64,000 nt of DNA from the NCBI GenBank assembly GCA_965113315.1, contig OZ220364.1, one strand, 5' to 3'. Made by a program: the position numbers and the translations under genes. Each line of letters starts with the position of its first letter. Position 1 is the first letter of the stretch. This stretch comes from Podarcis vaucheri (taxonomy: Eukaryota). This document shows positions 55,248 to 64,000 of this stretch, piece after piece. The notes under the pieces were generated by a model. The model saw nothing but the letters and a program-made list of their open reading frames with translations, ran no database searches and was not told the origin of the DNA.

Positions 55248-55797
55248 CTGGAATGGGAGAGAGAACAGAGAGAGAAAGATGGGAAGGAGCGGGCAGGAAA
55301 GACTAAAACAAGGCAACAGAACCTTTCTCTCAGATGGGCAGGCCAAAGAGTCTTTAGCCCTGCTGATTAAAATATGCAACAGTATTTTTCTCTACTCACC
55401 AGGGACACCCCACCCAGAAGGCAAAGTGAGGTGATCACCTCAGGAAACGGGATCCACAGAGACAGCAGATCCGGCCTCCAAGGAACGCGCTACCTGCTGC
55501 TGCCATGGTGGCAGGGACGGGTGTGGCGTGCTCCTTTGAGACCCTATCTGCCGCCACCTTGGAAGCCCCCACCATGCTGCCTCTACAGCAGTCTCTTTCT
55601 CCTGCCCTTGTTCCTGATGTAGATCTTCACTCATCCCTTCTTTCCTGGCCCGGAATTGGGCCGGCCCTGCTACTCATGGGTGCAGCGCATGAGCTCTTGT
55701 GGTTACCTGCCTTCACCAATTTTTACATGGCTTGCTTGGGAGGAGATGCCCAGGTTGGCAGGCGCACACTGATCCACACGCTCCAATTTACTTATAT

Positions 55798-56151
55798 AGG
55801 TAAAGGTAAAGGGACCCCTGACCATTAGGTCCAGTCGTGACGACTCTGAGATTGCGGCGCTCATCTCACTTTATTGGCCGAGGGAGCCAGCGTACAGCTT
55901 CCAGGTCATGTGGCCAGCATGACTAAGCCACTTCTAGCAAACCAGAGCAGCACATGGAAACACTGTTTACCTTCCCGCTGGAGTGGTACCTATTTATCTA
56001 CTTGCACTTTGACGTGCTATCGAACTGCTAGGTTGGCAGGAGCAGGGACCGAGCAACAGGAGCTCACTCCGTCGCGGGGATTCGAACCACCGACCTTCCG
56101 ATTGGCAAGTGCTAGGCTCTGTGGTTTAACCCACAGCGCCACCCGCGTCCC
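55798..56151 (-). mobile_element. Sauria SINE
   Basis: same consensus; flanking AATT(T/C)ACTTATA repeat. Confidence 0.9.
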
Positions 56152-56572
56152 TTAATTCACTTATACCTCCTACCAAATTGCACACACAGAAGGTGTTGGC
56201 CTAGCAGGAACCACCTTACAAAACTCCTTAGCAAGGTGTGCATTGTTAGAACAATGAGATGCTTCCCTGGCAGTTTCTTTCTGCATTGCTAACCTCACTT
56301 CTTAATAATAAAAATGTCAATTTCTAATATTTTATGCCCTCTCGTTCCTCTCCTTTAATCTTGTCATATTATATAATGGAATGTGATACCTTCTTGTTCT
56401 TGCAATTTTCTACTTTTCCATCAAAAAAAATAAAAATTGAGTACCCCCTGCTTCTCAAGCCGCACCATTTCTTTCTCTCAACATAGCTCTACCTCTTCCT
56501 CCTCCCTCCTTCTGTCTTCCCTAGTCCAAGGCATTAATAATAATAAAACACTCTTCTGGGCTCAGCACTCAC

Positions 56573-56639
56573 AGGATTGACGTCACTCAGGAAACCCTGT
56601 GGCACCTCTGCGGGGTCTTCGGGGTTCTTGTGCAGGAAC
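56573..56639 (-). CDS. QARS1: QARS1 exon (FLHKNPEDPAEVPQGFLSDVNP)
   Basis: 67 nt; GT-AG. Confidence 0.94.
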
Positions 56640-58046
56640 CTGCAAGCCACAAAAATGGTTTATAGTCACACTGAGGATGAGGTTCAGCTGCCGGAACAGA
56701 AGACAAGAGGCTTCTGCTGCACAGGCCGGCCAAGCATGGCTCTTCCAGATGCTCTCTGTAGGCCCTGGGGAATGAGCCAAGTCCTTCTTGGGCTCGATGT
56801 TACATCTACCTATGGTGTCAAGTCTACTCACTGAATGGAGAAAGCTGGGCAATGCAGACGGCCAGGGCCAGCCTCACAGAAGGTCCAGCCCATGTTCAAT
56901 GAGCTCATCTCAACCCTGACTTGGCAGGAAGCAACAGCAAAACCCTTATCTCAGGGAGAAACTCCTCTTTTGTAATGGGGCAGCTGATAAACTTGATGTA
57001 AACTCCCCCGTTAGCTACTAAGCCGACGGAGCGGAGACACTTTGCTTTAGGTCGGGAGGCAATTAGCCTTGCCTGTTTGGGTTTTCTCTGCCAAGATTAG
57101 TGCCGGAAGTCTTCTTTTGCCAATCTATGAAGATCTGCACTGGTTTCCAGTTCATTTCCAGGTGCTATATATCTTTGGGCCCAGCGGCCTCCAAGACTGC
57201 CCTACTTGCCTATGAATCTGTCTGAATATCAAGGATGAAACATGACGATCATCTTCAGAGGCCCTACATGGTGTGTGTGTGTGTGTGTGTTTTCCAGTAT
57301 TAGGCTTCTTTCAGCTGTAGCATCTGGAACACCTCCCCCCTCCTTCACCTGGAGACTTCTGAGGCACTGAGCTGAAGTCTTTCTGGTGCCAGATGGCTTT
57401 CTTTTTGCCCAGACTACCCAGAATTCCACAGGTTTAAACCTGACTTTTACTATGGCCGACTACAGATTAGTGAATCTTGGTTTAATAAGGCTACGTCTAT
57501 GCATAGTTGCTTCGCTGCTCCCTTCATGCAATTGAGCAAACAACCAGGAATCCATAGTTAACTGTAGTCAGAACTGGGAAATGTTAGCTAAAGTCTTCAT
57601 CGCTCTGCTGTCTCTGTTTTGATGAGTTTCAGAACTATTTTAGTTATTTGAGCTGCTTCGAAAGAATAGTCCTAAGAGCAGCGTACAAATTCCCTAAGGA
57701 AACAAGTAAATAAATTGGAACGGTATAATCAATTTCCCCAGAACCCCCCCCTTCCGGATATAGTTATAAGTTTGATTAAAACAAACGGTGTTTCAAGATA
57801 AACTCAAAAAGTGTTGGTACCTAGTTCTGTCAACCCACCTTTGAATACATAACACCACTATGCAATGCTTGAATATATAGCATCTGTGAGCTAAACCCAG
57901 GGGAGGAGAGAGACAAGATAAGGAAGTGGTTTTGACCCCTGTTACCTATTCTACTTCCCAGGAATAATAATATCCAAGGTCAAGAGGTACATGGGGAGCC
58001 TTCTCAAACAACAGATTTGCAAAGAGGGAGCGATCCTAATACTCAC

Positions 58047-58174
58047 AGTCGCTCATACTGTCGAACCTCACACACGAGAGGATTTGACACCCAGTGGATA
58101 AAGGCTTTGGGTTTCTCTGCTGCCTCCGACTTTGTACAGGTCACCTCTAGCTCTTTCACACGTCCATTGGTGTC
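58047..58174 (-). CDS. QARS1: QARS1 exon ([42 protein letters not shown])
   Basis: 128 nt; [10 protein letters not shown] motif; GT-AG. Confidence 0.95.
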
Positions 58175-59136
58175 CTAGGCAAGGAGATGAAGGTCAGTTC
58201 CATGTGGCCACCCAGCCACTTTGCCATCATGCTTCAGGTATCTAGCTCCTCTCAAAAAACACTCCCTTGCAATGTGGAGCAGATTGCCCTTCCTCGTCTC
58301 TTCTGCTCAGTGCAGAGGAGGGGAATGAATTTGCGACGACCAGCTCACTTGCTCTTGCATGAGCCCAGACCTCAAATCCATGTCTGTATCTCCCTAAAAG
58401 TTCATTGCAGTTCCATTTAACTGACTGGTGCTAGCTTATCTGGCCAGTTGCAGAGAAGTCAAGAAATTATTTTCCACACTCTGCCTCATAATCAAGAGAC
58501 ATTTTGGTTGTTTCTTCACATCAGGGAGAAAGAAAAAGGATTCTATGGCTGTTCAACAACTGCAGGATGACCCCCCACCCACCCAAAAAAAAGTTGATTC
58601 AGAGCTGATCTGCCACACATATAAGCTATTTCAACAGGACACAGAAGAAACTAGGAACTTACAAATATTAAATGCTTCAAGACACTATTCATCAAAATCA
58701 CAATCCCAACAGGAACCAAAAGCAAAATTATCAGGCCACAAATAAATCAAATGCCAGAAAATGTTTGGACATACAACACTTTCTTTTAAAAGCATGGGGT
58801 GGGGGCAGGGGGCGGGAAACGCCAATAAACAGACTTGGGCTCATCAGAATTTCATTTACAAAAATTTATAGGGTCACCACAGAAAAGGCCCTGCTGTGCT
58901 CTTGCAGATAACTCCTCATAGTAATAGTACCGGTTTATGCAACTGCATAGGCAGCAGCAAAATGGATTTCCTCCTCTTTTACTCCAATCTCGGGGACAAA
59001 ATATTCAACTGGAGAATGTAACATAGGAACAGGATGTTGGCTTAATCACACGGTGCCTGCAGCAACTTTGTGTAGTTCTAGCCTTAGTGGGAGAGATACA
59101 ACTTAAACTTCAGAAATCACTGGAGGAGAGCCAAGG

Positions 59137-59139
<3 letters not shown>

Positions 59140-59182
<43 letters not shown>

Positions 59183-59188
59183 TGTGTG
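59140..59188. repeat. (GT)n microsatellite
   Basis: seen directly. Confidence 0.95.
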
Positions 59189-59539
59189 ATTTCATTTTCT
59201 ACTACTGCAAGCAACCTCAAGGCTTATTTGATCAAAAGGCAGGTGTGAGATCTATGTTGGTTTTTTTAAAAAAGAACTAGATTTCACCGCTTGCTTGTGC
59301 AGACAGACGAAAACCACTAAGCAGGTAGCGAATTGGGAGAAAGACCTAGCAGAGCCACAGCTGGCTCGAGGAGTCTTACAGAGATGTAAGCATAGCTGCT
59401 GGAATGGTCCATGAGGCTGATCTAAGCCAAGTGCCACAACTGATGTTTTCTTTTATGGGAAGCTCTTAGGCCCTGATCTACAGGGATAGCTGCAGAGCTG
59501 CAGTAAGAGGGCTGTAAGGAGATGCCACGGCAGACTCAC

Positions 59540-59632
59540 CTTAATTATGCTCTGGACAGCAATGACGTAGCCCGTGTGCCTCAAACCCACTGGCTGGCCG
59601 GGCGCCAGGCGCTTGTAACCTTTCTCTGGCAC
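59540..59632 (-). CDS. QARS1: QARS1 exon ([31 protein letters not shown])
   Basis: 93 nt; GT-AG. Confidence 0.95.
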
Positions 59633-59819
59633 CTGCCAGGGAAGAGATGCTAACGTCAGTGGAGACCAAACAAGGGGAATCAAATCACTTCAATCCGCTG
59701 GCACATGGATGTAAAAACGTTCTGTACTAAATTGCCAGTTCTTATGGGGCCAGCAGGGATCCCTCCCTCACAGCAGGGATCTGCAACGTAGCTCCCCGTA
59801 GTTATTCTCAGAGATCCCC

Positions 59820-59901
59820 ATAATAACAATAATAATAACTTATTATTTATACCCCGCCCATCTGGCTGGGTTTCCCCAGACACTCTGGGCAGCTCCCAAC
59901 A

Positions 59902-59943
<42 letters not shown>

Positions 59944-60550
59944 CAATAATAAATTTTATTTATATCCCGCCCTCCCCAGGCTCAGGGCAGCTAACACCAG
60001 GTATAAAAACAATTGATTAAAATACAAGTTAAAAACAGGATTAAAATTCAACATTAAAATGCAGCCTCATTTCAGTAGAAACTCAAAAACTTTTTGGGGA
60101 TGAAAACGTCAAATCTTCACCAAGGCCAACTATCCAGACTGGTCCCACGTGGGCCAGAAAAAAAGCCAGGGAAGTCCCCAAATAGGAGTTCCATCACAGA
60201 AGGAAAAGGAAAGAGGGGGAGGGGATCAGGCTGATTCCAAGCCAAAGGCCAGGCGGAACAACTCTGTCTTACAGGCCCTGCGGAAAGAATATTAAAAACA
60301 GGATAGAACATCAAACATTAAAAACTGCCCTAAACAGGGCTGCCTTCAGATGCCTTCTACAAGCCAGATAATTGCTTGTTTCCTTGACATCTGACGGGAG
60401 GGCGTTCCCCAGGGCGGGCGCCACTACTGAGAAGGCCGTCTGTCTGGTTCCCTGTAACCTCACGTCTCGCAGGGAGGGATCCACCAGAAGGCCCTTGGAG
60501 CTGGACCTCAGTGTCCGGACTGAACGATGGTGGTGGAGACACTTCTTCAG
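59820..60550 (-). mobile_element. L2 3' end interrupted by a second L2 (~59905-60287)
   Basis: outer pieces rejoin to match 53240-53503; inner piece resembles the 54225-54695 family. Confidence 0.75.
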
Positions 60551-61066
60551 AAGCATCTCTCCACAGGACATGGCAGCCTCAGCCAGAACCACATAGCTAG
60601 CAATCAGCTGGGCACCTGAACTCTCCAACGCTCTGTACGAACAGGCCCTGTCTTGGCTCAGGATTCACCAATCACAGGAAGGGGGCAGAGTTAGGGCTCC
60701 TGGTGAAATCTGGCCAAGGTGATGACCTGGTTAATGTGCCTGCAGAATGTAGCCTGGTGTGGGCGGTCAGAGAACAGCCCTTAGTAGAAGTGGGCATGGA
60801 TATTCCAGATGAAAAAGGCAAACAATTTGCTTCCAGTTTAAGAGACTGGCAAATGAAGCTCAGACAGAAAACAAGAGCCAAGGGAAAGGTGTGCCCTTAG
60901 AAGACTGGAGGGTGAGTGCAAATAAGCCTCATTATAATGTGTTTGCATGACAAAACATACCTTTTAATAATATAACCGTGTGTGTATACAAACACTCAGG
61001 AACATATAAATGTATAACATTTATATTGGGCAGTGCAGTAATTTTTTATATTTTTTAAGTCACATG

Positions 61067-61292
61067 TAGTGGTACCTCGGGTTACATACGCTTCAGGTTA
61101 CAAACTCCGCTAACCCAGAAATAGTACCTCGGGTTAAGAACTTTGCTTCAGGATGAGAACAGAAATCGTGCTCTGGCGGCGTGGCAGCAGCAGGAGGCCC
61201 CATTAGCTAAAGTGGTGCTTCAGGTTAAGAACAGTTTCAGGTTAAGAACGGACCTCTGGAACGAATTAAGTACTTAACCTGAGGTACCACTG
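61067..61292. mobile_element. Tigger-like MITE (reverse of the 8388-8612 copy)
   Basis: AGTGGTACCTCGGGTT...CTGAGGTACCACTG-TA. Confidence 0.85.
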
Positions 61293-62057
61293 TATTATTG
61301 GACAAGGAGCATCTTCCCAAGTAAGACAGGTGCCGATTGCAAGCTGCCAATCTGTCCAAGCACAGAGCAAAGGACATGGATCTGGGGTTCAGCTTATCTA
61401 CCACCAGGCCTAGTTTGGGCAGGAAAGTCAACCTACATTAACAGGGCCCCTTTGGGTGCCACGAGACATGTTCTAATTTTAAAAATCTGTATTTTTAAAA
61501 GATCGTGCAGAGATGGTCCAGGCCAGTAGAAGTGTCCACAAGGTGGACTTCTAATACAAACAGCCAATAACAGATCCAAAATACACTCTCCGAGTCAGAG
61601 GAGCCAGCGCTACCAAGAGAAGTGAATTAATCTGCAGTGCAGGCATGGCTGCCGTCCAGAGAATGCAAAAGCTACACAAAATTGCTGAAAAAATGATAAA
61701 GGTGGAACCGCAAATGACAGTGGTGATTGCCAAGACCACCAGGAACTATGGGCAACTTGAAGATACATACCCTAAAACAAGCCCCCATACAGGAGGGATG
61801 AGTGGAGACAGCAAAGTCCCTTTAAAATAAGAGAGAGCCTTTGTGCTGACACATTTTACAAACCCCGCTTTCTAGCAAGGAAGAGATGATGCCTCATCTG
61901 CTCCAGAGTCCTACAGCAGGATGAAGTACACCCAGCTGGCATCCGGTTGAGGCGCCCACAATTTTTGCAGCACCCCATTCTGTGCCCCCAGCGTCACAAG
62001 TATCAGCTTTCTTCTCTTCCTCAATGCAGCGCCTCTCCCTCCCATCCACAGGCTCAC

Positions 62058-62162
62058 CTCCCGGAAGTCACTCTGCTCAATATAGATGGTTGGCTGGAAG
62101 GGGACTTTGTGGAAACCTTTGGTCTCATCAGCTGGGAAATTGGGTACGTCGATTTCTAAGGT
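62058..62162 (-). CDS. QARS1: QARS1 exon ([35 protein letters not shown])
   Basis: 105 nt; GT-AG. Confidence 0.95.
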
Positions 62163-62288
62163 CTGTAAGGAAGAAAGGAAGGATTGATGCACGCTCGATG
62201 GGGGTGCTAAGAGAGGTCTAGATTTTACAGGGAGGTGGGCAAGGTGGCAAGCCACCCAGTCCCCACGCTGCAAAGGCCGCAGGCTTAC

Positions 62289-62435
62289 TTTGTGCGGTGC
62301 GGGAAAATTGACGATGGTCACACACAGTGGTTCCAGCACGGCCATGACCCGGGGCGCCTGTTCGTTCAGCACCTCCCGCACACAGGCTTCCAGCATATGA
62401 GGCTCCATTGTGCACTGGGCGACTGTCACGCCCAC
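62289..62435 (-). CDS. QARS1: Glutaminyl-tRNA synthetase exon ([49 protein letters not shown]); upstream exons lie beyond the right edge
   Basis: 147 nt in ORF 61911..62498; GlnRS APR.MAVL motif; GT-AG. Confidence 0.95.
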
Positions 62436-62519
62436 CTGTCGAGAAGAGGTTGGAGTGAGCCAAGCAACAGGGAAAGGCAAGCTACCAGCTCCAAGCAAGA
62501 GGTGGGGGACATATTCTCT

Positions 62520-63005
62520 CTCTCTCTCTTTTATTATTTAATTTTTATTGATTTTAATTTGTTTTGCTACATCAAACATTAAAACAAACGAAAAAAGCAT
62601 ACATCACACATACACACAAAAAAGAAATACATAAAAAAGAAAAATAATAATAAAGAAAACAAAAGAAAAAACATCTCCTAACATAAGATATCAACAAATT
62701 AGGTTACATTTACTAAATAACACACAACACTAATTGACTTCCCTTCATCTCGATTTCAGAATATATTATATGATTTTTTATCTGCAGTTTCTTTTCCTTA
62801 AGAAACTCTTTACATCACAAGTGTTACGCCATACCTACTGTAATTTTTAGATTTTTTACCTCTGTTTCCATGTATGTCATAAATTTATTCCATTCTTTGC
62901 TAAACTTTATGTCTTTTTGATTTCTTATTTTCTGTGTCATTTTTGCCAATTCTAAATAATCAAATAGTTTGGATTGCCACTCGTTTATAGTTGGGATATG
63001 TTCTC
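62520..63005 (-). mobile_element. L1-clade LINE ORF2 C-terminus and 3' UTR
   Basis: minus strand reads IPTINEWQSKLFDYLELAKMT...KFSKEWNKF, then A-rich tail. Confidence 0.7.
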
Positions 63006-63024
63006 TCTCTCTCTTTCTCCAAGG

Positions 63025-63162
63025 CAGCCTTTCTCAAGCTGTGGGTCCCCAGATGTTGCTGAACTACAACTCCCATCACCCCTAGCTAGCAAGGCCAGAG
63101 CTCAGGGATGATGGGAGTTGTAGTCCAACAACATCGGGGGACCCACAGGTTGAGAACCGCTG
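63025..63162. mobile_element. Short palindromic hAT MITE; diverged relatives at ~10110-10240, 17120-17240, 44920-45030, 47570-47690, 54750-54880
   Basis: 8-bp TSD CTCCAAGG; AACTACAACTCCCATCA/TGATGGGAGTTGTAGT inverted core. Confidence 0.85.
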
Positions 63163-63480
63163 CTCCAAGGGCTGAACTCCCTTTGGGGAAAGTGGTCCCC
63201 AGGGGAATTGGGGGGGGGGCTACACACTTGTAGTGGGAGGTGCCAGAAGACGCACACCCCATTCGCTCACAAACTTGGCTCCCACACAGTGACAGGAAAC
63301 TGAAAAGAAAGGGATCTGAGGACATGGGAACAAATCTCTTCTTGAATGATCAGCTCACTGAGCATAGGAACGGCAGGGGGAAGGAGGCACGGCTTGGAGG
63401 GGGTGCGGGGCAGTCTCGATTAAGAAGTCTGACAAGATGGATTAGGCCCATGAAGCAGAGGTTCTTCATCCCGGCTCTAA

Positions 63481-63652
63481 GGGGAAGATAGCTGCCCTGT
63501 CGCTCAGTGGCAGAGCATCTGCTATGCATTCAGAAGGCCCCAGCTTCAATCCCTGGCAGTGCTGGGAAACCCTGGAGAGACGCCACCAATCAGGGCAGAC
63601 AATACTGAGCTAGATGGACCAATGGCCTGACTCGGTTTAAGGCAGGCTCCTA
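63481..63652 (+). mobile_element. Squam3-like SINE
   Basis: GCTCAGTGGCAGAGCATCTG...TTCAATCCC...ATACTGAGCTAGATGGACCAATGG. Confidence 0.75.
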
Positions 63653-64000
63653 TGCCAACACCCAGGCCGTTTTCAGGGGCCACAATCCCATTCTCTCCAA
63701 TGCCCATATGGCTCCAGGGAGATGGCACTTTTCCCTGCTGCCTCTGGAGGCATGGAGACAGAGGTGGCACCCTGTGGCTGCTTAGCAGGAATCCAAGAGC
63801 TTCCTTAGCCAGGTCCACGTTGAAGCCATGTAACTGAGGAGCATCTCCACAACAAAGGTGCTGGGGCTGCGCCCTGCTGCTCACACCATGCCCCAAAGGA
63901 AAAAGTGGCGCGTAAGCTCCATGACACGCAAGCAAAACCCGGAACAGGGCCTGAACTCAGCACCCCATGGCATTTAGGCACCCACGCTTTCCCCTTGGCC

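Noticed and set aside
61911-62498. 195-aa ORF as a single QARS1 exon
   Set aside because: It is two exons joined by a stop-free 126-nt intron with canonical splice sites

Overview
Vertebrate genomic DNA, most likely a lacertid lizard (inferred from Sauria/Squam SINEs and squamate L2, CR1, Penelope, hAT and Tc1/pogo repeats). It holds the conserved IMPDH2-QRICH1-QARS1 block, all on the minus strand. IMPDH2 coding exons 1-9 lie at 14045->3984 (exons 10-14 are off the left edge). QRICH1 is complete: 9 coding exons, 38806->19552, 2331 nt = 776 aa, with non-coding first exon(s) in a CpG island at ~46.0-47.15 kb. The last 7 coding exons of QARS1 lie at 62435->54087. All exon boundaries were read by hand as GT-AG and join in frame. 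The most interesting extras are: (1) two hAT non-autonomous transposons with perfect 8-bp TSDs that appear to carry captured CpG-island/first-exon fragments, one resembling the RANBP9 N-terminus; (2) a Penelope-type inverted repeat in QRICH1 intron 1 with two minimal hammerhead ribozymes, intact antisense to the host and G12A-mutated in the host-sense copy; (3) an ATF4-like uORF layout in the QRICH1 5' UTR that depends on a cassette exon; (4) a reading frame in IMPDH2 intron 9 that runs off the window edge; (5) an orphan CpG island at ~50.6-51.8 kb. Repeat family names and gene identities come from recalled sequences, not from searches.
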